DNA of 64,000 nucleotides from a virus (taxonomy: Duplodnaviria > Caudoviricetes). The stretch lies in the IMG/VR virus record IMGVR_UViG_3300047557_002530; one strand, written 5' to 3'. Of this stretch, positions 50,153-58,859 are shown piece after piece. The notes beneath the pieces are model-generated. The model searched no databases. It was not told the origin of the DNA and was given only the letters and a program-made list of their open reading frames with translations. The position numbers were made by a program, and so were the translations under genes. Each line of letters opens with the position of its first letter. The stretch's first letter is position 1.

Positions 50153-50545
50153 ATGTTATTTGATGAGTTGAATGAGGATAACTTTCTTTTATTTGCTATT
50201 AAACATTATGAAAATCCTCAGGCAGTAACAAAAGAAGACTTTGAAAAAGACTTAAATCACTTTAAGTATATTAAAAGATTATTGAAACGATATAAGAATA
50301 CAGGTCAGTTAAAATCTCATCTTCTTCTTAATCATTTTATTATTCTTTATAATATTTTTGGTGATGCAACAACTCCTATGCTTTTCTATAAGATAGAAGA
50401 GGATTTGTGGTCCGCAATGAAAACATTTATTATATTTCTTGGAAAACTGCCTGAGTATCCAAAATGTTATATTCACGACGTACAAGTTGATTTAAACTGT
50501 CTCTCCGAATTGTATAAAATCTACAATGAATCCCAAGAAACTTGA
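50153..50545 (+). CDS. conserved T4-like hypothetical protein
   Basis: NFLLFAIKHYENP, FEKDLNHFKYIKRLL, LLLNHFIILYNIFG. Confidence 0.75.
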   Translation: MLFDELNEDNFLLFAIKHYENPQAVTKEDFEKDLNHFKYIKRLLKRYKNTGQLKSHLLLNHFIILYNIFGDATTPMLFYKIEEDLWSAMKTFIIFLGKLPEYPKCYIHDVQVDLNCLSELYKIYNESQET

Positions 50546-50738
50546 TAGAATTATTTCTATAATCAGAGAAGAAATGATGACAGCAAATCCTCCTGGAGGA
50601 TCTGGTGCTTTTTCTGATTCTGGAGATCCAAAAACTAGAGGTGGATTTAGTCCTGTGATGGGATTAAGAAGAAGACGAGGCCCACAAATCAAACTTCCAC
50701 CTGGTTCTCGTAAAAGGTGGAAGAAATCGGAACAATAA
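50526..50738 (+). CDS. 70-aa basic protein
   Basis: IIREE followed by a Gly/Arg/Lys-rich tail. Confidence 0.65.
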   Translation: MNPKKLDRIISIIREEMMTANPPGGSGAFSDSGDPKTRGGFSPVMGLRRRRGPQIKLPPGSRKRWKKSEQ

Positions 50739-50802
50739 ATAATAACAAAACTACTTGAGTTATTTGTTTCGGTAGTCTAGGAAATAATAACTCACTAAAG
50801 AG

Positions 50803-51210
50803 ATGTTTAATTCAAATACTTCTACAGACACTAAAATTGCTGTTTTAGAAGAAAGACTTTCTTCATATGAGATTATGATGAGAAAGATTGACGAAGCAAT
50901 ACAGATTATGGGTAAAACTAGTCAAAATATTAGTAAAATGCTTGCTGTTCATGAAGAAAGAATAGAACAATCTCATAGAGCAGACGATTATATTGGCAGA
51001 CTAATTGAAGAATTAAAATTAGAAAATAAAGATCAACATGATGCAGTAACTGAAAGAATAGAAAAAATAGAAAGTAAACTAGAAGAAGTTATAAAGTTTC
51101 GTTGGATAATCATTGGAGTTTTTGCTGTTATTTCCTTTGGACTTTCTCAATCTCATATGGTTATAGATCTTCTAACACCAGATTCTTCTCAAGTACAAAT
51201 AAAAAAATAA
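50803..51210 (+). CDS. coiled-coil protein with C-terminal transmembrane helix
   Basis: Heptad-rich body; RWIIIGVFAVISFGL hydrophobic stretch. Confidence 0.7.
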   Translation: MFNSNTSTDTKIAVLEERLSSYEIMMRKIDEAIQIMGKTSQNISKMLAVHEERIEQSHRADDYIGRLIEELKLENKDQHDAVTERIEKIESKLEEVIKFRWIIIGVFAVISFGLSQSHMVIDLLTPDSSQVQIKK

Positions 51211-51236
51211 ATAGTTGAGTGTTGGCGACAGGGCCA

Positions 51237-51344
51237 ATGAAAACTAAAAATAAGACAACAATTTATTCCCTTCAAAAAATTACAAATTCAGTTATAAAGT
51301 GGACGTGTCTTATAACTGTTTTGTGTCTTGACAAGACCAGATAG
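51237..51344 (+). CDS. 35-aa hypothetical peptide (not in ORF track)
   Basis: MKTKNKTTIYSLQKITNSVIKWTCLITVLCLDKTR, after TAAATA at 51208. Confidence 0.4.
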   Translation: MKTKNKTTIYSLQKITNSVIKWTCLITVLCLDKTR

Positions 51345-51355
51345 TCTGGTAGAAT
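51328..51355 (+). promoter_or_regulatory. sigma70-type promoter for primase with palindromic spacer
   Basis: TTGACA-16 nt-TAGAAT; ACCAGA-tag-TCTGGT palindrome at 51336..51350. Confidence 0.65.
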
Positions 51356-51379
51356 AGATGGACACCTCACTGTATTGTC

Positions 51380-52348
51380 ATGGATTTTGTTGATGTTAAA
51401 TACATCAATTTGATATCTGGTAGATTTCAAAAGTTTAAAAAAGTAAAACCCAATCTTTATAATTTTCGTTGTCCTATTTGTGGAGATTCGCAAAAGAATA
51501 AAAATAAAGCAAGGGGATATTTGTATCAGGTAAAAAATAATACAAATTTTAAATGCCATAACTGCGGTATCAACATATCTTTTAATAACTTTTTAAAGCA
51601 GATTGATAGTGTAATCTATAAGCAGTATACTTTTGAAAAGTTTAAAGAAGGACATACTGGAAAAAACTTTACAGTAGAAGAACCTGTATTTAAATTTGAA
51701 ACGCCAAAGTTTAAATCAAAAATAAATTTACCTAAAGCATCATCAAACTTTGATGCAAAGAAGTATCTGGAAAGTAGAAAATTAAATCCAGATAACTATT
51801 ATTACGCCGAAAAGTTTAAGGAGTGGACCAACTCTCTTCGCCAAACATTCGACAGCACAGATAAAGATGAACCAAGGATTATTATTCCTTTGTTTTATCA
51901 AAATAATCTAGTCGGATTTCAGGGAAGAGCACTTGGTCCCAGTAAGGTTAAATACATCACTATAATGCTTGACGATGACGCACCAAAAATCTATGGTCTC
52001 GATGAAGTCCAAAAAAGTGAAACTGTCTACATCACCGAAGGTCCGTTCGACTCAACCTTCATTCGCAACGCAATTGCTTTGTGTGGAGCTGATGGTGATG
52101 TTACTAAGTGGGATATTCGCGATTGTGTTTGGATATACGATAACGAACCACGTAATACAGAAATCCTATCAAGAATTTCCCGTGTTATCGAGGATGGACA
52201 AAAAGTTGTCATCTGGCCTTCAACAATAAAAGAGAAGGACATCAATGATATGGTTCTATCTGGACTTGATGTTCAGAGTGTGGTAGAATCTAATATCTAC
52301 TCTGGATTAGAAGCAAAACTTAAATTTACTGCCTGGAAGAAAGTATGA
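51380..52348 (+). CDS. gp61: DNA primase gp61
   Basis: NFRCPICGDS, FKCHNCG zinc ribbon, YITEGPFDS TOPRIM, KDINDM. Confidence 0.95.
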   Translation: MDFVDVKYINLISGRFQKFKKVKPNLYNFRCPICGDSQKNKNKARGYLYQVKNNTNFKCHNCGINISFNNFLKQIDSVIYKQYTFEKFKEGHTGKNFTVEEPVFKFETPKFKSKINLPKASSNFDAKKYLESRKLNPDNYYYAEKFKEWTNSLRQTFDSTDKDEPRIIIPLFYQNNLVGFQGRALGPSKVKYITIMLDDDAPKIYGLDEVQKSETVYITEGPFDSTFIRNAIALCGADGDVTKWDIRDCVWIYDNEPRNTEILSRISRVIEDGQKVVIWPSTIKEKDINDMVLSGLDVQSVVESNIYSGLEAKLKFTAWKKV

Positions 52349-54642
52349 GTAACGGTACAAAGGTTAAAAAACGTGATGGACGAATTGAGTCTCTTGACCT
52401 AGATAAAATGCATCTGATGGTCGAAGAATCCTGTAAGGGTCTTGCAGGGGTCTCTGCGAGTCAAGTTGAGATGACTTCTGGAATTCAATTCTATGATGGA
52501 ATCACTACTGCAGAGATTCAAGAAATCCTAATTCGTAGTGCAAGTGATCTAATTGATCTTGAACATCCCAACTATCAATACGTTGCTGCACGTCTACTTC
52601 TTTTTTCTGTGCGCAAGCAACTGTATGGAAAAATGAAAGAACTTCCCACACTTGAGCAGCACATTATCCAATGTGTTACTGAGGAAGTTTATGATAATGA
52701 CATTTATAATAAGTATTCTCAAGAAGAAATTAATCGCGCTGATTCTTATATTGACCATGACCGCGATTTCTTATTCACTTATGCGGGTCTACGTCAAGTT
52801 GTTGATAAGTACCTCGTACAAGATAGAAGTAGCGGTGGAGTATATGAGACTCCTCAGTTCATGTATATGATGATTGCTCTGACTATCTTTGCAGAGTATC
52901 CCAAAGAAACCAGAATGTCATATGTAAAGAGGTATTATGACGCAATCAGCAAGCACAAAATCAACATCCCTACCCCCATTATGGCAGGCGTTAGGACGCC
53001 ACTTAGACAATTCGCTAGCTGTGTTCTTGTTGATGTTGATGACACCCTCGATAGTATCTTTAGCAGTGATATGGCTATTGGTCGATACGTTGCACAAAGG
53101 GCGGGAATCGGCATCAACGCAGGTCGAATCCGTGGCATCAACAGCAAAATCCGTGGCGGAGAAGTGCAGCACACAGGTGTTGTCCCTTTCCTCAAAAAGT
53201 TTGAGGCAACTGTCCGATGCTGCACTCAAAATGGCATCCGTGGTGGATCAGCAACTGTCCACTTCCCAATCTGGCACCAAGAAATAGAAGATATTCTAGT
53301 TCTTAAGAATAATAAGGGAACGGAAGATAATCGTGTCCGTAAACTTGATTACTCTATTCAGATTTCTAAGTTGTTCTATGAAAGATTTATTCAAGATGGT
53401 GAGATCACGCTTTTCTCTCCGCATGATGTACCTGAACTTTATGATCGCTTTGGACTCCCTGGATTTGATGAACTCTACTGTGCGTATGAAAAAGATACGT
53501 CCGTTAAGAAAAAAACTGTTAAAGCACAGGAACTCATCCTTAACCTTCTTAAAGAACGTGCGGAAACGGGTCGTATCTATATTATGAATATCGATCACTG
53601 TAACTCACATTCTTCTTTTAAAGATAAGGTTGAAATGAGTAATCTTTGTCAAGAGATTACTCTACCAACTTACCCAGTTCAACATATTGATGATGAGAAT
53701 GGCGAGATTGCTCTTTGTATTCTTTCTGCAATTAATGTTGGTAAAGTCAAATCTGATGAAGAACTTGAGGAACTTTGTGATCTTTCTGTTCGTGGACTTG
53801 AAGAGTTAATTGATTATCAGAAGTATCCTGTACGTGCTGCAGAAATTGCTACAAAGGCACGTAGATCTCTTGGAGTAGGTTTTATTGGTCTCGCCCACTA
53901 TTTGGCAAAACTTGGATTCAATTATGACTCTCAAGAAGCATGGGATGCGGTCCATGGACTTTCCGAATCTTTCCAATATTATCTTCTCAAGGCATCTAAT
54001 CAACTTGCTAAAGAAAAAGGATATTGTGGATATTTTGGACGTACAAAGTATGCAGATGGTATTCTTCCTATCGATACTTACAAGAAAGACGTAGACGAAA
54101 TTTCTTCTATTAAATTGCAACATGATTGGGAAACTCTTAGAGCATCAATCCTGGAACACGGTCTCAGACACTCAACATTGTCCGCACAGATGCCATCGGA
54201 GAGCAGTTCCGTTGTGTCAAATGCAACAAATGGAATTGAACCCCCTCGCGGATTCCTGTCCATTAAAAAATCCAAGAAAGGTCCACTTAAGCAGATCGTT
54301 CCGCAGTACCAAACACTTAAGAACAATTATACGCTTTTGTGGGATATGCCTAGTAATACTGGTTATATTAATATTGTTGCTGTGATGCAAAAGTTCTTTG
54401 ATCAGGCAATTTCTGGAAACTGGAGTTATAATCCAGAAAACTATGATAATAATGAAGTTCCTGTGTCAGTAATGGCAAATGACTTTTTGACTACATACAA
54501 GTACGGGTGGAAAACTTCATACTACCAAAACACTTATGATATTAAGACTGATGAGGTAGTAGAAGAGAAACCCAATCTTCAAGATTTGCTAAGTGAGTTA
54601 AGTTCAGTAGAGGAGGGAGAGTGTGAATCCTGTGCAGTTTAA
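52345..54642 (+). CDS. nrdA: ribonucleotide reductase class Ia alpha subunit
   Basis: ATP cone (VKKRDG), PTPIMAG, FASCVL, SNLCQEI, AQMPSESSS, C-terminal CESC. Confidence 0.97.
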   Translation: MSNGTKVKKRDGRIESLDLDKMHLMVEESCKGLAGVSASQVEMTSGIQFYDGITTAEIQEILIRSASDLIDLEHPNYQYVAARLLLFSVRKQLYGKMKELPTLEQHIIQCVTEEVYDNDIYNKYSQEEINRADSYIDHDRDFLFTYAGLRQVVDKYLVQDRSSGGVYETPQFMYMMIALTIFAEYPKETRMSYVKRYYDAISKHKINIPTPIMAGVRTPLRQFASCVLVDVDDTLDSIFSSDMAIGRYVAQRAGIGINAGRIRGINSKIRGGEVQHTGVVPFLKKFEATVRCCTQNGIRGGSATVHFPIWHQEIEDILVLKNNKGTEDNRVRKLDYSIQISKLFYERFIQDGEITLFSPHDVPELYDRFGLPGFDELYCAYEKDTSVKKKTVKAQELILNLLKERAETGRIYIMNIDHCNSHSSFKDKVEMSNLCQEITLPTYPVQHIDDENGEIALCILSAINVGKVKSDEELEELCDLSVRGLEELIDYQKYPVRAAEIATKARRSLGVGFIGLAHYLAKLGFNYDSQEAWDAVHGLSESFQYYLLKASNQLAKEKGYCGYFGRTKYADGILPIDTYKKDVDEISSIKLQHDWETLRASILEHGLRHSTLSAQMPSESSSVVSNATNGIEPPRGFLSIKKSKKGPLKQIVPQYQTLKNNYTLLWDMPSNTGYINIVAVMQKFFDQAISGNWSYNPENYDNNEVPVSVMANDFLTTYKYGWKTSYYQNTYDIKTDEVVEEKPNLQDLLSELSSVEEGECESCAV

Positions 54643-55813
54643 AATTTCTTCAACAGAAGAACCTCAAACAAACATCAAAGGAATGACCGTTTTTAACACT
54701 GAAAAAGTAGATACCAAAAAGCAACCAATGTTTTTTGGCAAACCTCTTGGAGTTCAAAGATACGATTCATACAAATATCCAATCTTCGACAAACTGACTA
54801 CCCAACAACTTGGATACTTCTGGAGACCCGAAGAGGTGTCTCTCCAGAAGGATCGTGGAGATTATCAAACACTTCGTCCAGAACAAAAACACATCTATAC
54901 TTCAAATCTGAAGTATCAGATTATGCTTGATTCTGTTCAGGGTCGTGGTCCTGGTATGGCATTCATTCCTTATTGTTCTTTGCCTGAACTTGAGGCATGT
55001 ATGGAAGTGTGGGGATTTATGGAAATGATCCACAGTCGCTCATACACATATATCATCAAAAACATTTATTCTGATCCTTCTGAGGTATTTGATACCATCA
55101 TTGGCGATGAGCGTATTCTAGAACGTGCTAAGAGCGTTACAGAGTCATATGATGACTTTATTCAATCAGCACAGCAATATGGTGTGTCTGATACCTGGAT
55201 GCATAATCTTGAAGGAGTATCATACGCAAAGGAAACAATCAATGACGTTAAACGAAAACTCTATAGAGCAGTCGCAAACGTTAATATTCTTGAAGGTATT
55301 CGCTTCTACGTTAGTTTTGCTTGTAGTTTCGCCTTTGGTGAACTTAAGCTTATGGAAGGATCCGCTAAAATCATCTCTCTTATCGCAAGAGACGAAAATC
55401 AACACCTAGCACTTACTCAGAACATTCTGAATAAGTGGAGAGAAGGTGATGATCCCGAAATGCAAAAGATTATGAAAGAAGAGGAAGAATGGACCTATAA
55501 GATGTTTGATCGTGCTGTAAATGAAGAAAAGAAATGGGCGGATTATCTGTTCAAAGATGGCAGTATGATCGGACTGAACGATAAACTTCTTCAACAATAC
55601 GTAGAGTGGATCGCAAATAGAAGACTTAAAGCAATTGGACTAAAACCCCAATATGATATTTCAGCAAACAACAATCCACTTCCTTGGACTCAGCACTGGA
55701 TTTCTTCTAAAGGTCTCCAGGTAGCACCCCAGGAAACGGAAGTAGAATCCTACGTTGTAGGAGGAATCAAACAAGATGTTACCAAAAATACTTTCTCAGG
55801 ATTCAAATTATGA
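54623..55813 (+). CDS. nrdB: ribonucleotide reductase class Ia beta subunit
   Basis: FWRPEEVSL, EMIHSRSY, EGIRFYVSFA, ARDENQH, VAPQETE. Exact GTG start uncertain (54623 or 54632). Confidence 0.97.
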   Translation: MNPVQFKISSTEEPQTNIKGMTVFNTEKVDTKKQPMFFGKPLGVQRYDSYKYPIFDKLTTQQLGYFWRPEEVSLQKDRGDYQTLRPEQKHIYTSNLKYQIMLDSVQGRGPGMAFIPYCSLPELEACMEVWGFMEMIHSRSYTYIIKNIYSDPSEVFDTIIGDERILERAKSVTESYDDFIQSAQQYGVSDTWMHNLEGVSYAKETINDVKRKLYRAVANVNILEGIRFYVSFACSFAFGELKLMEGSAKIISLIARDENQHLALTQNILNKWREGDDPEMQKIMKEEEEWTYKMFDRAVNEEKKWADYLFKDGSMIGLNDKLLQQYVEWIANRRLKAIGLKPQYDISANNNPLPWTQHWISSKGLQVAPQETEVESYVVGGIKQDVTKNTFSGFKL

Positions 55814-55925
55814 TGAATGGTGCGAACAGGAAATCCTGAACGCATACAGAGAGGCAGCAGAGTGTGATGAGTTTATGTTTGGAGATTATGATTATTGTAA
55901 AGAATGGTTAGGTACAAATAACTAA
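55776..55925 (+). CDS. 49-aa acidic hypothetical protein (not in ORF track)
   Basis: MLPKILSQDSNYDEWCEQEILNAYREAAECDEFMFGDYDYCKEWLGTNN; GGAGGA RBS inside the nrdB 3' end. Confidence 0.6.
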   Translation: MLPKILSQDSNYDEWCEQEILNAYREAAECDEFMFGDYDYCKEWLGTNN

Positions 55926-55940
55926 TCGCACATAGATAGA

Positions 55941-55962
55941 GGAGGTTACGCCTCCTTTTTTT
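55941..55962 (+). terminator. intrinsic terminator
   Basis: GGAGG...CCTCC stem plus T7 run. Confidence 0.75.
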
Positions 55963-56124
55963 ATGTCTAAAAATCAACTGACTAAAGATGAAATTAAAGT
56001 TCGTGTCTTAAAGTTAAAAGATAATCTTCATAAGGATCATATTAGACCCGAAATGGATATGAAAGGACTCGCTCATAAATATCTGAACGAAGTTCTTGAT
56101 ATTATTGATGAGTACAGATATTAG
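55963..56124 (+). CDS. 53-aa hypothetical protein (not in ORF track)
   Basis: MSKNQLTKDEIKVRVLKLKDNLHKDHIRPEMDMKGLAHKYLNEVLDIIDEYRY. Confidence 0.7.
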   Translation: MSKNQLTKDEIKVRVLKLKDNLHKDHIRPEMDMKGLAHKYLNEVLDIIDEYRY

Positions 56125-56846
56125 TCTTTTACGAAAAATATAATTCCTTCTTCTAATTGCTTTTTATATTTTTGATGTCCTATTTTATTTTCTTTTAGAT
56201 AAGATACAACACTTTCCCAAGTTTTAGTTCCATCACTTACTTTTTTATTTCTTGATGTTGTAAGTGTTTTTTTATGTTCATCTGTAAGTTTTTTTCCATA
56301 CATAGGATTTCCTTCTCCTTTGTACATATCACTTAATTTTTGTCTTACCTCTGGTCTATAAACTGGATTGTATGATTTATCTTTCATCTTTTCACTTCTC
56401 ATATCACAAAATTTATCATTCTTCATAACAACCTCATAAATTCCTGCTCGTTCGCTTACAAAAAATCTTCCCTCAATATTTGTGTTATAATAATCATCAG
56501 TCATTAGAACATCTCTTTTGAATTGCTCCATAGTTTCGTAGTAGGACATAGATTTTTTATGAGGACATAGGTAAAGTATTTCTCTTTCAAATTTATCTTT
56601 ACCTATAAGTTTTACATCTTCATTCAATTCATCACAAGAACCAAAGTAATTTTTCCAATCACTTTCTTTTGTTTTTCTCCTACCAGTTTTTTTATCTTTT
56701 CTTCTTGTCCAAAAAGATTTTTTGCCAATATATTTTCTATTGTTTGTTAAATTTGTTATTAGATACACAAATCCCTCTATGCCTTTCGGAGCATCTACAA
56801 AATCTTCGTCATTATATTTCCAAGTCATAGAAATACTTTCTTCCAT
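56121..56846 (-). CDS. GIY-YIG endonuclease with NUMOD3-like repeats (minus strand; ORF track strand label is wrong)
   Basis: Plus strand reads TTA at 56121 and CAT at 56844. GFVYLITN...YIGKK motif; EGNPMYGKKLTDEHKK; minus-strand TATAAATA at 56853..56860. Confidence 0.88.
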   Translation of the reverse strand: MEESISMTWKYNDEDFVDAPKGIEGFVYLITNLTNNRKYIGKKSFWTRRKDKKTGRRKTKESDWKNYFGSCDELNEDVKLIGKDKFEREILYLCPHKKSMSYYETMEQFKRDVLMTDDYYNTNIEGRFFVSERAGIYEVVMKNDKFCDMRSEKMKDKSYNPVYRPEVRQKLSDMYKGEGNPMYGKKLTDEHKKTLTTSRNKKVSDGTKTWESVVSYLKENKIGHQKYKKQLEEGIIFFVKD

Positions 56847-56902
56847 TAAAACTATTTATACTGAAAATGTTTTTAAAATTACTAAAAATTATCAATTGGT
56901 TC

Positions 56903-56931
56903 TTGACAAGACAGAAGAGTGCTCCTATAGT
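56903..56931 (+). promoter_or_regulatory. sigma70-type promoter, divergent from the endonuclease late promoter
   Basis: TTGACA-17 nt-TATAGT. Confidence 0.75.
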
Positions 56932-56959
56932 GGAGGAACCTGCTTCCGAAAAGACTATT

Positions 56960-57133
56960 ATGAACGCAACGACTGAAGATATTGTTGCTCACGTTAGGTC
57001 GTGGTCTCTTGACCGTGCTGCTGATATGAGTGTAGATAAGGAAGATGCTCGCGCCATTCTTGCTGAATTTTATGAATGGATTGAACCAGAAAGTGATGAA
57101 CTTGAAATTGTTTCTCTAGAACCAGAAAGTTGA
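56960..57133 (+). CDS. 57-aa hypothetical protein
   Basis: MNATTEDIVAHVRSWSLDRAAD...; start placed downstream of the promoter rather than at tracked 56867. Confidence 0.7.
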   Translation: MNATTEDIVAHVRSWSLDRAADMSVDKEDARAILAEFYEWIEPESDELEIVSLEPES

Positions 57134-57158
57134 CAGATTCTAAATAAAAACTTATAAT
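57130..57158 (+). promoter_or_regulatory. nested sigma70 and late promoters
   Basis: TTGACA-17 nt-TATAAT with TAAATA in the spacer. Confidence 0.8.
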
Positions 57159-57287
57159 GTTAAGATTCACAACTATGTGGATCTTTTTTATTATGAGATT
57201 TTGATTGAAATTTAGAGCCGTGGAAAGTGCCCTTTGAGAAAAGGGTGTACCCCCTTTCTATACGGATGTAGAGTTCTGTAAAATTTA

Positions 57288-57650
57288 ATGCTTTTAAAAA
57301 CACTTTCAATTCTTGCCATTGCCGCTGCAGGATTAGCACCCCTACAAGCAAAGGCAGCGAGCGGATGTTCCCTCGCATCACATTATGGTATTGGTGACGG
57401 ATATCACGGGCAGACAACTGCCAATGGCGAAAGATACAATGCATATGGCAATTCAGTAGCACATAAATGGCTTCCTTTTGGAACTAGATTGCGGGTAACT
57501 AATCAATCTAATGGAAGAACAGTAATTGTGCGTGTTAATGATCGCGGTCCTTATGTCGCGGGTAGAGACCTTGACTTGTCTTACGGTGCATTCTCTACTA
57601 TTGCTTCACCCAGTCAAGGTGTTGCTAGGATTTGCTACTCGCGGGTATGA
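57288..57650 (+). CDS. rlpA: RlpA-family (DPBB) lytic transglycosylase with signal peptide
   Basis: ASHYG, TANGERYN, AHKWLPFGT.LRVTN, VRVNDRGP, DLSYGAF. Confidence 0.9.
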   Translation: MLLKTLSILAIAAAGLAPLQAKAASGCSLASHYGIGDGYHGQTTANGERYNAYGNSVAHKWLPFGTRLRVTNQSNGRTVIVRVNDRGPYVAGRDLDLSYGAFSTIASPSQGVARICYSRV

Positions 57651-57705
57651 TGACCTAAAAGTTTAATAATAAATAGAGGAGAGCGGTTGCTACTCCTCTT
57701 TTTTT

Positions 57706-58116
57706 ATGTTTAATTTTAACTTCGGGAAGAAGAGACCAGATAAGAAGCAGATAATCCTTATAAGCGCCATACTCAGCGGTATCGTAGCGACCCTCTCCCA
57801 ATGCACTGGAGCGCCCCAGGAGCGCCTCTGGGACCTCTTAGACGAGGTTCAGAGGGTTCTGTTCCCAGGCACCATAATCAATGAGGTTCTGCTTCAAGAT
57901 CCTGGTGTGGTGGATAGGAGAGTTGAGCGTGATGTTGATAAAGCTATTCGTGAATATGAAAGCTTGACAAGAGACTCTGATCCACCTAGAGTACCTTTGT
58001 CGAGGTTGATAGAGAGGCCTTTAGATACTTCTAAGTGTTATACTGAAGAGTGTAAGAAACTTGGAGGAGAAATGAGGTTATGTGCTCCATGGCTTGACAC
58101 CTGTAAGAAGGAGTAG
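57706..58116 (+). CDS. hypothetical membrane/secreted protein
   Basis: Basic N-terminus then hydrophobic IILISAILSGIVATLSQC; Cys-rich C-terminus. Confidence 0.7.
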   Translation: MFNFNFGKKRPDKKQIILISAILSGIVATLSQCTGAPQERLWDLLDEVQRVLFPGTIINEVLLQDPGVVDRRVERDVDKAIREYESLTRDSDPPRVPLSRLIERPLDTSKCYTEECKKLGGEMRLCAPWLDTCKKE

Positions 58117-58208
58117 TACAATAATCATATGAGCAGTGAGGGTCCAAACCTCATATAAGTCTCACCCCTCCTATGCCTCTCATAGAAGCACAAACCAGGA
58201 GGTCTCTT

Positions 58209-58282
58209 GTCTCAGTAGCTCAGTTGGATAGAGCATCTGCCTTCTAAGCAGTTGGTCGGGGGTTCGAGTCCCTCCTGAGACG
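58209..58282 (+). tRNA. tRNA-Arg(TCT)
   Basis: Cloverleaf, anticodon loop CTTCTAA, T loop TTCGAGT. Confidence 0.93.
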
Positions 58283-58333
58283 TTGACTTTTTTCTTAAAA
58301 AGTTTTATAAATAAAACACTTAGGTCGAAAACA

Positions 58334-58435
58334 ATGTCTTACCAAATGCCCACCAAACAGATTAGTAACCTTGATTGCCGTGATTGGCATATTGAGGGTA
58401 CTCCCCTGTTTGCGGATATGGAAAGACATATGTAA
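58334..58435 (+). CDS. 33-aa peptide in its own late transcription unit (not in ORF track)
   Basis: MSYQMPTKQISNLDCRDWHIEGTPLFADMERHM; TATAAATA at 58306, terminator at about 58458..58495. Confidence 0.55.
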   Translation: MSYQMPTKQISNLDCRDWHIEGTPLFADMERHM

Positions 58436-58711
58436 GATGTAATCCATAAAAGCAAATAGAGGGGAGAGAAACCAAAAGTTTCCTCCCCTTTTTTGTTGCT
58501 TGGACCACTTTCCTAAGTGTCCACCAATCTCCCCACAGAGGACAAAATGGTAGTATATTACATGAGTCGGTGGGGGAACGAGACCCCAAACTGCCAAGTC
58601 CACTTTCGGAACTGGCACAAACCACTTTCCCCTCACTAGGTTCTGTGGTATTCTTAAAGGGTGGTTGAGAGACCACCAGCACCTTGACAACTCAATATTT
58701 ACCACATTATT

Positions 58712-58783
58712 GGGACATTAACTCAGCGGTAGAGTATTCGGCTTTTAACCGATTAGTCCTCGGTTCGAATCCGAGATGTCCCA
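58712..58783 (+). tRNA. tRNA-Lys(TTT)
   Basis: Cloverleaf, loop CTTTTAA. Confidence 0.93.
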
Positions 58784-58787
58784 CCTT

Positions 58788-58859
58788 GACTCTATAGTGA
58801 AGTGGTTATCACGCTACCCTGTCACGGTAGTATCACGGGTTCAAATCCCGTTAGAGTCG
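58788..58859 (+). tRNA. tRNA-Asp(GTC)
   Basis: Cloverleaf, loop CTGTCAC. Confidence 0.93.

Noticed and set aside
7973-55813. Introns or inteins in gp17, gp20, gp23, gp43, gp41, nrdA, nrdB
   Set aside because: All are uninterrupted, of expected length and without intein motifs
58295-58705. ORFs 58295..58705 and 58362..58682
   Set aside because: They run across promoters, a terminator and the better-supported 33-aa plus-strand ORF; no coding signature
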